Shown here: in pieces, positions 22,723-31,438 of the stretch | Layout: each line of letters opens with the position of its first letter | How positions within the stretch are numbered: position 1 is the first letter of the stretch | NCBI GenBank assembly: GCA_016288175.1 | Contig: JAEEYN010000152.1 | Location: 1-47,043, forward strand | Source of the DNA: Bacillota bacterium | GTDB lineage: Bacteria; Bacillota; Clostridia; Christensenellales; CAG-138 | Direction: 5' to 3' | DNA: 47,043 bases | Position numbers and translations under genes: made by a program | Notes under the pieces: model-generated | The model's database searches: none | What the model saw: the letters and a program-made list of their open reading frames with translations, nothing else | Told to the model about the DNA's origin: nothing

Positions 22723-24662
22723 AGGATCCTTTTGAACATTTTCTGAAGATCGTATTTGCGCACGCGAATCATCACTGGTCTTCCGTGCGGACAGGTCAGC
22801 GGAACGGTATCGTCGCTGTATGCATCCACGATCGCCTGAAGCTGCCTGATATCAAGGCTCTCCCCCGCTTTCACGGCACCTTTGCAGGACATCTGGATGA
22901 TCTTTGCGCGCATAATGTCGATCTCATCCGCGTCGGCGTTTTCCATAACGCAGTCGATAACTTCGCGGAGGAACTTTTCCGCTTTTGCCGCGGGGATATT
23001 CGGCACAGCGTCCACACGCAGTTTATTCTCGACCGAGGTATCGATCGAATAGCCGAATTCCTCGAAGCGCTCAATGTTTTCGGCAACGCAGCTATATGCG
23101 ATCGGATCGAGATCGACGACCATCGGCATTGCAAGCAGCTGAGAATCGAACTTCAGTTTCCCAGCTATAAGCCTTTCATAGCGCAGGCGCTCGTGCGCAG
23201 CATGCTGATCGATGTAGAAGATCGAATCGCCCTGCTGAACGATAATGTAGGTATCGAAAGCCGTGCCGATGATCCTGCACTGATCTGCATTGAGCGAGGT
23301 CTGCTCCGGCTTCTGCGGCTTTTCGTCTTCAGTCTTTTTATACTCATCAAAGACAGGAAAATACGGGATCCGATTATCCGTTTCCATGTCCGGCTCCGGA
23401 AGCGACCGGTCCTCTGTTTTCGGCTTCGGATCGAAATCCGGGATCGTACCGAGCCCGCTGTCCTTCAGCGAATACTCCTTCTTCTTGGGAAGCGCGAATG
23501 TAAAATCATCTCCGGAGGAGGATGTTTTGTTCTTCAAAAGCTCGCGGACTTCTTCTTCGATCCCGTTTCTTTCCTTCGGTTTGATCGGTTCGGGTCCGTA
23601 CTGCTTTGGCTGCGGCGGCACCTCGGCCGGTCCCGCTTTCGCGTCGGGCTCAACGCCGTAGAACATGCTGACCGGAGGAGTGCTCAGCGCTTTCTTAACC
23701 GCTTCGGTCACTGCATTTGCGACGCGCTCTTCATCGCGGAAACGCACGGAAAGCTTATTGGGGTGAACGTTGACGTCGATCTCCCGGCTCGAAATCAGCA
23801 GATCGAGCACAAGGAACGGGAAGCGATGGTTCATCAGCCGTGTCAGAAAAGCCCTCTGCACGGCGTTGCTCACGAGCGCGGACTTTATATAGCGCTTGTT
23901 TACAAAAACGCTCTGCTGAGTCCTGTTCGCTCTTGCGATGCTTTCACCGCCGACATAGCCATCGAGGCGGATATAGCCGTCATCATAATCGATCTTATAG
24001 AGCGAAGAGAACACGCTGCTGCCGTAAATGCCGAAAATGCAGTTGGAAAGGTCGCCGCTGCCGCCCGATTGCAAAACAGTTCGGCTGTTGCTTATCAGTC
24101 TGAACGCAATATCCGGATTTGCAAGCATGAGACGGCTCACATAATCCATGATCATTGCGCTTTCGGTGCGCTCGCTTTTTATAAATTTCAGCCTTGCCGG
24201 GACATTATAGAAAAGTTCATTTATCTCGATCGTTGTGCCGACGGGGCATGCGCAGGGCTCCGAGCCCGTTCCCTTCCCGCCTTCGATGCGAAAATGCGTT
24301 CCGTATTCCGCATCCGCGGTCCTTGTTCTCAAAGAGACCTTGGCGACGGCGGCGATCGAAGCGAGCGCTTCTCCGCGGAAACCGAAGCTCTGAATATCAT
24401 TCAGCTCCTCGGCAGTGCTGAGCTTGCTTGTTGCATGGCGCAGGAATGCTGTTGGGACATCGTCCGCATCGATGCCTCCGCCGTTATCCGTGACGCGGAT
24501 GTAGTCGACTCCCCCGCCCCGTATTTCGACTGTTATTGATGAAGCGCCGGCGTCAAGCGAGTTTTCGAGCAGTTCTTTAACTATGCTCGCCGGCCGCTCG
24601 ATAACTTCTCCCGCAGCGATCTTGTTTGCGACTCCGGGTTCAAGAACATAGATCTTTTTCAT
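22719..24662 (-). CDS. mutL: DNA mismatch repair protein MutL
   Basis: 647 aa. Has the GHKL ATPase N-terminus (IAAGEVIERPASIVKELLENSLDAG, DNGGGI, FGFRGEAL) and a C-terminal dimerisation/endonuclease region. ATGA overlap with mutS. Confidence 0.96.
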   Translation of the reverse strand: MKKIYVLEPGVANKIAAGEVIERPASIVKELLENSLDAGASSITVEIRGGGVDYIRVTDNGGGIDADDVPTAFLRHATSKLSTAEELNDIQSFGFRGEALASIAAVAKVSLRTRTADAEYGTHFRIEGGKGTGSEPCACPVGTTIEINELFYNVPARLKFIKSERTESAMIMDYVSRLMLANPDIAFRLISNSRTVLQSGGSGDLSNCIFGIYGSSVFSSLYKIDYDDGYIRLDGYVGGESIARANRTQQSVFVNKRYIKSALVSNAVQRAFLTRLMNHRFPFLVLDLLISSREIDVNVHPNKLSVRFRDEERVANAVTEAVKKALSTPPVSMFYGVEPDAKAGPAEVPPQPKQYGPEPIKPKERNGIEEEVRELLKNKTSSSGDDFTFALPKKKEYSLKDSGLGTIPDFDPKPKTEDRSLPEPDMETDNRIPYFPVFDEYKKTEDEKPQKPEQTSLNADQCRIIGTAFDTYIIVQQGDSIFYIDQHAAHERLRYERLIAGKLKFDSQLLAMPMVVDLDPIAYSCVAENIERFEEFGYSIDTSVENKLRVDAVPNIPAAKAEKFLREVIDCVMENADADEIDIMRAKIIQMSCKGAVKAGESLDIRQLQAIVDAYSDDTVPLTCPHGRPVMIRVRKYDLQKMFKRIL

Positions 24663-27304
24663 TGCAGTGATCTCGCTTTTGCACTGATTTCATATAGTTT
24701 CACGAGCGCGTCCATCGGTGTCATACGCTCGACATCGAGCTTTTTGAGCTCGTCGACGATCGTCGAAGCGTTCGGGCCGCTGCCGTCGGCATCCGGAATG
24801 CATCCAAGCAGGCTCATCTGTTCGGATTCCGCGTTGGGCGCAACGCGCGATGCGGCGTTGTTGATATCCGATGCTTCAAGGTCTGCAAGGATCTTCTTCG
24901 CCCGATCGATAAGCTCGTCCGGAAGGCCGGCAAGCTTCGCAACCTGGATGCCGAAGCTCTTGTCCGCTCCGCCGCGGACGATCCTGCGGAGGAAAATGAT
25001 CGTATCGCCGTGCTCTTTAACCGAGATACGGTAGTTTTTAACGCCGTCAAGCTTGCCTTCCAGCTCGGTAAGTTCGTGGTAATGCGTTGCGAAAAGCGCT
25101 TTTGCGCCGCATTTATATTTGTCGGAGATGTATTCCGTGACAGCCCATGCGATGCTGAGTCCGTCGAAAGTGCTCGTTCCCCGGCCGATCTCATCAAGGA
25201 TCAACAGGCTCCTGTTAGTGGCGTTATTGAGAATATTCGCCATCTCGCTCATCTCGACCATAAAGGTGCTCTGGCCCGTTGAGAGGCTGTCGGAAGCGCC
25301 TACGCGGGTGAAAATGCGGTCCGTTATGCAGATATTCGCGCTTTTTGCAGGAACGAACGAGCCGATATGCGCCATCAACGTTATCAGCGCGACCTGCCGC
25401 ATATAGGTGCTTTTACCCGCCATGTTCGGGCCGGTCAGGATGATCAGCCGATCGTTATTCATGTTCATATCCGTGGAATTCGGAATGAACGCGTCCTTCA
25501 TGCTCAATTCAACAACCGGATGTCGTCCGTCAGTGATGCTGATCCTGCCCTTTGTGTTGAGCTTCGGTCGGCAGTAGTTATTCTGAACGGCAACCTTCGC
25601 AAGCGAATGCAGCGCATCGAGTTCCGCGATCAGCTCCGCGTCCTTCTTCAGCCTGTCCATGCAGCCTAGGAGCGTTTCGCGGATCTCCGTAAAGAGCTTA
25701 TACTCAAGCAGGATGCATCTTTCTTTTGCGCTGAGCAGCTTTTCTTCCGTTTCCTTGAGCTGCGGAGTTACGTACCTTTCTGCATTTGCAAGCGTCTGTT
25801 TCCGCTGGTATTCAAGCGGTACGCTGCCGATGAACGATTTAGAAACTTCGATATAATAACCGAAGACGCGGTTGTACCCGACTTTAAGCGTTCGGATACC
25901 TGTCCGCTCACGCTCTGCCGCTTCGAATTCTTCGATCCATTTTTTGCCGTTCTCCGCAAGGTCACGGAGCTCGTCGACTTCGCTGTTATACCCCGCGCGG
26001 ATAACTCCCCCGTCCTTTGCCTGAACCGGCGCATCCGGAGATATCGCCGCGAGCAGGAGCTTTTTGATATCCTCCATCGCGTCGAGATTGTCTGCGATGT
26101 ACGCGGTCCTCTCCTTTTGGAAGCACAGCGTTATCATGATCAGGTTCGGGATAACTTCGAGCGTTGACAGAAGCGCGAGGCAGTCCCTCGGCCCAACTGT
26201 GCCGTAAGCGATCTTTGAACAAAGGCGCCCGATATCATAGACCTTTGAGAGGTTGGCGGCAAGCACTTCGCGCTCGTTGTTGCCGAGATACATCGCGTCA
26301 ACAGCGTCGAGCCTTGCGTTGATCTCTTCTTCGATCTGCAGCGGCTGGTCGATCCAGCGGCGCAGAAGCCTTCCGCCCATCGCCGTTTCGGTTTTATCAA
26401 GCACGCTGAGGAGAGTGTATTTTTTGTTTCCGTCGAAACGTATCGGCGCTGTCAGCTCGAGATTATGCCTTGTTGTCGCGTCAAGGCACATATATCTGCT
26501 TCGAATAACGCGTACGATGCGTTTGATATGAATGAGCGAGTTCTTTTGCGTATCCTCAAGATAGCGCAGCAGCGCGCCGGGAGCCGAAACATCGTTCGAT
26601 TTATCCTTAAGGCCGAACCCGGCGAGAGTTATCACTCCGAAGTGGTCGCAAAGAAGTTCCTGCGCGCGTGCGGTTTCGAAAGCCCTTGATTCGATCTGTT
26701 CCGTGTAGAACTTGCTGCGGATCCTTTTGGCAATAAGCTCATCCTTGAAAACCAGCTCATGCGCGATGATCTCGCGCGGGGATATGCGAACGAGCTCGCT
26801 GTAAAGCTCCGTCGAAGCGTTTGCTCCGTCAAGAGTCATCGCGTAGAATTCACCTGTGGAAACATCGCAGTACGCAAGACCGAATGCGAGGGATGAGCCG
26901 TCTTTGAATGCTGAGATAGCGGCGATATAGCTGTTCTGCTTATCGTCAAGCATCTGTTCCTCGATAACGGTTCCCGGTGTTATAACGCGGATCACGTCGC
27001 GTTCAACAAGGCCCTGTGCAAGCGCCGGGTCTGTGAGCTGTTCGCATATCGCGACTTTATAGCCTTTTTCGATCAGCTTTGTAATATAGGTATTTACAGA
27101 ATGATACGGAACGCCGCACATCGGCGCGCGCTCCTTAAGCCCGCAGTCCCTTCCCGTCAGGGTAAGCTCCATCTCCTTCGAGCCGACAAGCGCATCCTCG
27201 AAGAACATTTCATAGAAATCACCGAGTCGGAAAAACAGCAGGCAGTCCTTGTATTTTTCCTTAAGCTCAAGGTATTGCTGCATCATCGGAGTAATGCTTG
27301 CCAT
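24659..27304 (-). CDS. mutS: DNA mismatch repair protein MutS
   Basis: 881 aa. Has TPMMQQY, the mismatch-binding motif GDFYE(M)F, Walker A GPNMAGKST and DEIGRGTSTFDG. Confidence 0.97.
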   Translation of the reverse strand: MASITPMMQQYLELKEKYKDCLLFFRLGDFYEMFFEDALVGSKEMELTLTGRDCGLKERAPMCGVPYHSVNTYITKLIEKGYKVAICEQLTDPALAQGLVERDVIRVITPGTVIEEQMLDDKQNSYIAAISAFKDGSSLAFGLAYCDVSTGEFYAMTLDGANASTELYSELVRISPREIIAHELVFKDELIAKRIRSKFYTEQIESRAFETARAQELLCDHFGVITLAGFGLKDKSNDVSAPGALLRYLEDTQKNSLIHIKRIVRVIRSRYMCLDATTRHNLELTAPIRFDGNKKYTLLSVLDKTETAMGGRLLRRWIDQPLQIEEEINARLDAVDAMYLGNNEREVLAANLSKVYDIGRLCSKIAYGTVGPRDCLALLSTLEVIPNLIMITLCFQKERTAYIADNLDAMEDIKKLLLAAISPDAPVQAKDGGVIRAGYNSEVDELRDLAENGKKWIEEFEAAERERTGIRTLKVGYNRVFGYYIEVSKSFIGSVPLEYQRKQTLANAERYVTPQLKETEEKLLSAKERCILLEYKLFTEIRETLLGCMDRLKKDAELIAELDALHSLAKVAVQNNYCRPKLNTKGRISITDGRHPVVELSMKDAFIPNSTDMNMNNDRLIILTGPNMAGKSTYMRQVALITLMAHIGSFVPAKSANICITDRIFTRVGASDSLSTGQSTFMVEMSEMANILNNATNRSLLILDEIGRGTSTFDGLSIAWAVTEYISDKYKCGAKALFATHYHELTELEGKLDGVKNYRISVKEHGDTIIFLRRIVRGGADKSFGIQVAKLAGLPDELIDRAKKILADLEASDINNAASRVAPNAESEQMSLLGCIPDADGSGPNASTIVDELKKLDVERMTPMDALVKLYEISAKARSLQ

Positions 27305-27305
27305 A

Positions 27306-28712
27306 TCATGCCTCCGTTTCCCTGATGATATGCCCGAAGAGAGAGTTGAAGCGATAGCCGTCGACCTTGACTCTAACGAGGCTGCCGATTAATTCTTCGC
27401 TGCCCTCAACATAGACCATTTTGAAATTCGAGAGTTTACCGAAAAGCAAAGGTTCTCCCCTCCTGTCGACACCTTCGACAAGGATCTCGCCTTCGAAACC
27501 GATGTATTTTTCATTATTGGCGGGGATCGTTTCGGCAAGGACCGCATTGAGTTTGTTCAGCCGCAGTTTTTTTATATCTTCAGGGATCTGTTCGTCCATT
27601 TTTGCCGCAACGGTGCCCTCGCGGGGAGAATACGCGAATGTATAAGCGTTGCTGTAGCCGACCTTCTTCACAAGCTCGCAGGTCGCTTCATAATCTTCCT
27701 CTGTTTCGGAAGGGAAACCGACGATTATATCCGTCGTGATCTCAACATTCGGAACCTTCTCCCGCAGCTTGTCGATGAGCTGCAGATACTTTTCCCTTGT
27801 ATAGCGCCTGTTCATCAGTTTAAGGATCCGATCGCTGCCGGACTGCACGGGAAGATGAATATGCTTGCAGACTCTCGGCAGTTCGGCCATAGCTTCGATC
27901 AGGCCGTCGGAAAGGTCCTTCGGGTGCGAAGTCATGAAACGGATGCGCGGAAGCTCCGAGACGCTGTCATGGACCATTCTCAGCAGCTTCGGAAAATCGA
28001 CATCACCGTATCGGTATGAATTCACGTTCTGACCGAGCAAGGTCACTTCGGTATAGCCATCCAGCGCGACACGGCGGACCTCTTCAATAATATCCTCCGG
28101 CTTTCTCGAGCGTTCCCTTCCGCGGACGTACGGAACGATGCAGTAAGTGCAGAAATTATTGCAGCCGTACATAATATTGACAAAGGTCGAAAAGCCCGGA
28201 TTGCGCTTTACGGGAAGGCCTTCAATGACTTCACCCTCCGAATCGCTGACGCGGAAAAGCCTCTGCTCATCGAGAAGTTTTTCAAGCATGTCCGGGAAAT
28301 TTTTCAATTCATGCGTACCGAAGATCAGGTCGACGAACGGGAAGCGGTCATAGAGTCGTTTCGCGACTTCCTTCTGCTGCATCATGCAGCCGCACACAGC
28401 AAGCAGCAAGCGCGGATTCTGCTGTTTCAGCTCCTTAATGAACCCGACATTGCCGAAGGTACGCTTTTCGGCGTGCTCTCTCACGCAGCAGGTATTGAAC
28501 AGGATGAAATCGGCATCCTGCTTCGATTCCGCTTTTGAATAGCCGCAGTTTTCGAGCATCCCGGCGATCTTTTCCGAGTCGTGCTCGTTCATCTGGCAGC
28601 CATAGGTTTCGATAAAATACTTCAGGCCGAGACCGCCGATCCTGCCGCGGATCCGCTCCATTATCTTATAGCATTCACTCAGCTCGGGGCTGAAATTTTC
28701 ATTGGAATACAT
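27306..28712 (-). CDS. miaB: tRNA-2-methylthio-N6-dimethylallyladenosine synthase (radical SAM methylthiotransferase)
   Basis: 468 aa. Has the UPF0004 domain (YGCQMNEHDSE), the radical-SAM motif CNNFCTYC and a C-terminal TRAM domain. Confidence 0.93.
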   Translation of the reverse strand: MYSNENFSPELSECYKIMERIRGRIGGLGLKYFIETYGCQMNEHDSEKIAGMLENCGYSKAESKQDADFILFNTCCVREHAEKRTFGNVGFIKELKQQNPRLLLAVCGCMMQQKEVAKRLYDRFPFVDLIFGTHELKNFPDMLEKLLDEQRLFRVSDSEGEVIEGLPVKRNPGFSTFVNIMYGCNNFCTYCIVPYVRGRERSRKPEDIIEEVRRVALDGYTEVTLLGQNVNSYRYGDVDFPKLLRMVHDSVSELPRIRFMTSHPKDLSDGLIEAMAELPRVCKHIHLPVQSGSDRILKLMNRRYTREKYLQLIDKLREKVPNVEITTDIIVGFPSETEEDYEATCELVKKVGYSNAYTFAYSPREGTVAAKMDEQIPEDIKKLRLNKLNAVLAETIPANNEKYIGFEGEILVEGVDRRGEPLLFGKLSNFKMVYVEGSEELIGSLVRVKVDGYRFNSLFGHIIRETEA

Positions 28713-28741
28713 CGGTACATTTCCTTTGCTGTAATCAAGTT

Positions 28742-28770
28742 ATTATACACGAAGACCGGGGCTGTTTCAA
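28742..28770 (-). promoter_or_regulatory. Near-consensus sigma-A promoter for miaB (TTGAAA-17 nt-TATAAT on the minus strand)
   Basis: Minus strand: -35 TTGAAA (28770-28765), a 17-nt spacer, and -10 TATAAT (28747-28742). It lies in the 66-nt gap between the recombinase-like stop and the miaB ATG. Confidence 0.65.
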
Positions 28771-28778
28771 CCGCGGCT

Positions 28779-30116
28779 TCAGTCAAAATCGAATCGGGCC
28801 GTTCCCAAACCGGGCAGTTTTATCTCCGCATTCGACCCTTCAACGGATACTTTGGAGACAATGCCGTTCAGGAGGAAACGCTGTTCGCGCCGCGAAAGCG
28901 ACCAAAGCTTCTTCAGCCGTTCAAAATAGGCTTCAACAGCGTTTTCGGCATTGTCCGTCAGCGCGAAAAGATGCTTCATGAACAAAAGATCGATCCTAGC
29001 AAGCATTATTTCCGCATTGATCCTGTCAAAAGCTTCAAGTTCCTTCCGCGTTTGCGGTCCCTTCAGCGTTGAATAGCGTTCTGCCTTTTTCTCGTTAAGC
29101 TCATCTATCAGTTCGGCGTCTTTTCCGGCTTTCGCTTTCGATTCCGCGCAGCGTCTTTTCGCAAACTCGATGCAGCGTTTCTTCATCGAATCAATATGCG
29201 GGCTCAGCTTGGAACAGATCGCCGTTGTTGCCTTTTCATCGAACGGAACCGCGGGGATAAAGTGCTGCCGGGGAGGCAAACAATAAACCTCTTCCCGTCC
29301 GTTTCCGCTCCTTAATCCCGGCCGCAGTGTACCTTTTTCGCTGCAGTTCAGTCTTTTAAAGAGGAATTCGTAGTTGTTGTTGTAATACCGAAGCTCGGAT
29401 TTGAGCTTCTCCCTTGCCGCGAAGCAGACCTGCGGGCTGACGATGACCGGATAACCGAGCTGTGTTTCATCAAGCCCCGCATAGCGATCGTTGAGAATGA
29501 TTTCCGGTACCCTGCTCCTTGCAATGCTGTTTTCCTGAGGAAAATCCTGCTCGATGTTCCTTGCGGTTTCCGAAGAAGTCAAGCCTTCGGCGCAGTAACG
29601 AAAAACCTTGCGAACGATCTCCGCTTTCGCTTCGTCGATCTTGATCGCATCTTCTTCGTATCTGTATCCGTAAACCGGTCTTCCCGCGGATTTCTTTGCG
29701 GTACATGCGATGTTGTTTCGGTCCGGTTCAACATCGTCTGTTCCGCAAAAGCGTTTCGCATTCGAGATCCAGCGCAACAACAAATCGGTTTCGGTCGGCA
29801 TTCTTTTCGGCAGGAACCTGTATCCGAGTTTTTCAAGGTAATAGATCAGGCCTTCGACATTATAGCTTTCGGCCGAAAGCCAATCGTAATCAGTAAGGAT
29901 AGTCGAGCGATAACCCGTGCTTTCGGCTAGATCGGCAAGTTTCAGCAAAGCATAAGGAGGTTTGTCCTGCCTGTCATACAGCACCGATGCAGCGGAAAGA
30001 TCAAGACGCGCGGCAAGTTCCCTCAGCGTTTTCTCACGGTTGTTTGCCTCGCTTTGCTCGCAGGCTGCGAAATAGATTATCGATTCTTTCGCATGGCCTT
30101 TTCCCGCTGCTTTCAT
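28779..30116 (-). CDS. Large-serine-recombinase-like protein with a degenerate catalytic domain
   Basis: The ORF track extends to 30320 and overlaps the upstream gene. GAGGAA precedes ATG 30116 (MKAAGKGH...), giving 445 aa. The Recombinase-domain signature is GRPVYGYRYEEDAIKIDEAKAEIVRKVFRYCAEGLTSSETARNIE. A coiled-coil region and the typical C-terminal beta-hairpin tail (IVSKVSVEGSNAEIKL) are present. The N-terminal resolvase-like segment reads IIYFAACEQSE where Y-x-R-x-S-T-x-x-Q is expected. Confidence 0.7.
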   Translation of the reverse strand: MKAAGKGHAKESIIYFAACEQSEANNREKTLRELAARLDLSAASVLYDRQDKPPYALLKLADLAESTGYRSTILTDYDWLSAESYNVEGLIYYLEKLGYRFLPKRMPTETDLLLRWISNAKRFCGTDDVEPDRNNIACTAKKSAGRPVYGYRYEEDAIKIDEAKAEIVRKVFRYCAEGLTSSETARNIEQDFPQENSIARSRVPEIILNDRYAGLDETQLGYPVIVSPQVCFAAREKLKSELRYYNNNYEFLFKRLNCSEKGTLRPGLRSGNGREEVYCLPPRQHFIPAVPFDEKATTAICSKLSPHIDSMKKRCIEFAKRRCAESKAKAGKDAELIDELNEKKAERYSTLKGPQTRKELEAFDRINAEIMLARIDLLFMKHLFALTDNAENAVEAYFERLKKLWSLSRREQRFLLNGIVSKVSVEGSNAEIKLPGLGTARFDFD

Positions 30117-30127
30117 AGTTTCGTTCC

Positions 30128-31435
30128 TCAATACAGTGCCGACCAGAGCTTTTCGGCTGATCTTTGTGCGCGGAGTTTGATATCGCTTCCCGAGATGCCT
30201 ATTAAATCTCCGTCCAGCATCAGCAGTTTGCCGTCTGTCATAACCGTTCTGCACTTTCTTCCGCTGCAGTTTAAAACAACATGCTGTTCGGCATTGTATG
30301 CGTTCATCGGCGTATAGCAATCATAATCTATGACGATTATATCGGCTTTTGCACCGGGTCTGATAACGCCGACCGTTTCACCGAAAAGCTTCGAAGCTGT
30401 TTCCGCGTTTGCTTCAAAAAGCATCCGTTCCGCGATCTTCGGTGAATACATGCCTGCTTCACTGCGGCCGAACTCTCCGGAAGCCGCTCTTGCTGATTCG
30501 AGCATATCAAATCGGGATGCGCCTGCGCTCAGTCCCGGAACATACCGGCAGTCCGCACTCAGGCGCGCTTTGCCACACTCTTCAGCGAATAAAGGTACGA
30601 CTCTTGTGCCGGTCTTTGCCAATGCTTCAAACTCGCCATTATCGAAACGGCTTGCCGCCGCGATCGTATTCTCTCCGGCGATTCCGGAATCGATCATCCG
30701 CTCCGCAGGAGTTTTTCGATATTTCCTTAAGGAATTGCCGATATTGAATTCGGAGTTCTCCAAAAGCACATGGAAACCCGTTTTGTCTTCCCAAAACTCG
30801 CGGTAGCTTGAAAGGTTATCTCCGTTCGTGCCGTCCGCAATCCTTAAGCCGAATGCAGGATGCATCCTCGAATCGCGAACGGCAGCGCAGTAGTTATAAA
30901 AGTTCAGATTTTCCTCGACTGCCGCCTGTTGGAGCCTCCACGGCTCGTTTTCATCAACTTCGCAGCATACTGAGGCGCGAATGCCGATCTCCCTGAATGC
31001 CGACGCTATAGTCTGAAGGCTCCCGCTTGTGCAGGACGGAGAAGAATGATACTCAAAAACAGAGGTGATCCCGTTTCTGATGCTTTCGACCGCAGCAGCA
31101 GCCGCGGCATTACGCAGATATTCAAGATTCAAGCCGGCTTTCAGCTTCTTTTGCCTGTCTGCCGCAGCATAACCCGAGCGTAAACCGGCGCTCTGCGCGC
31201 CGCCGGCAAGCCCGATTGAGTAGATGTCTGTGCAGCGTGAATGAAGGTTGATCAAACCCGGCATGATGAGCCCACCGCGTGCGTCGATCGTCTCCGCCTT
31301 CGGGTAATCTGCGAACAGCTGCTTTTCATCACCGACGGCAATGATGCAGTCGTTCGAAACCGCAACAGCACCGCGGTCAAGATACGGTATCTGTTGATCA
31401 TGAGTTATTATCCTGCCGTTTTTGAAAAGGAACAT
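30128..31435 (-). CDS. SsnA-like amidohydrolase-fold protein lacking the canonical metal ligands
   Basis: 435 aa. It is collinear with my recalled SsnA/chlorohydrolase layout (MPGLIN.H..., GITSVFEYHSSPSCTSGSLQTIASAF, GAKADIIVIDY). However, HxH reads LHSRC, the H-x-H..E strand reads FHVLLEN, the next His position reads AAAS, and the Asp strand (LGTDG) reads LSAGA. Confidence 0.7.
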   Translation of the reverse strand: MFLFKNGRIITHDQQIPYLDRGAVAVSNDCIIAVGDEKQLFADYPKAETIDARGGLIMPGLINLHSRCTDIYSIGLAGGAQSAGLRSGYAAADRQKKLKAGLNLEYLRNAAAAAAVESIRNGITSVFEYHSSPSCTSGSLQTIASAFREIGIRASVCCEVDENEPWRLQQAAVEENLNFYNYCAAVRDSRMHPAFGLRIADGTNGDNLSSYREFWEDKTGFHVLLENSEFNIGNSLRKYRKTPAERMIDSGIAGENTIAAASRFDNGEFEALAKTGTRVVPLFAEECGKARLSADCRYVPGLSAGASRFDMLESARAASGEFGRSEAGMYSPKIAERMLFEANAETASKLFGETVGVIRPGAKADIIVIDYDCYTPMNAYNAEQHVVLNCSGRKCRTVMTDGKLLMLDGDLIGISGSDIKLRAQRSAEKLWSALY

Positions 31436-31438
31436 ATC

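Noticed and set aside
22704-24539. Very long antisense ORFs: 611 aa opposite mutL, 443 aa at 10554-11885 opposite iorA, 401 aa at 15648-16853 opposite uvrA, 392 aa at 37172-38350 opposite mutS2, and 325 aa at 33494-34471 opposite the HK.
   Set aside because: They lie exactly opposite genes with unmistakable conserved motifs. Their translations are low-complexity, Arg/Ala/Asp-rich and lack recognisable motifs. This is the usual shadow-ORF effect in GC-biased coding sequence.
30117-30320. An N-terminal extension of the recombinase-like ORF that overlaps the 3' end of the SsnA-like gene by 193 nt.
   Set aside because: The extension has no RBS and is Arg/Lys/Cys-rich junk. ATG 30116 has a GAGGAA RBS 11 nt after the upstream stop and yields the expected resolvase-like N-terminus.
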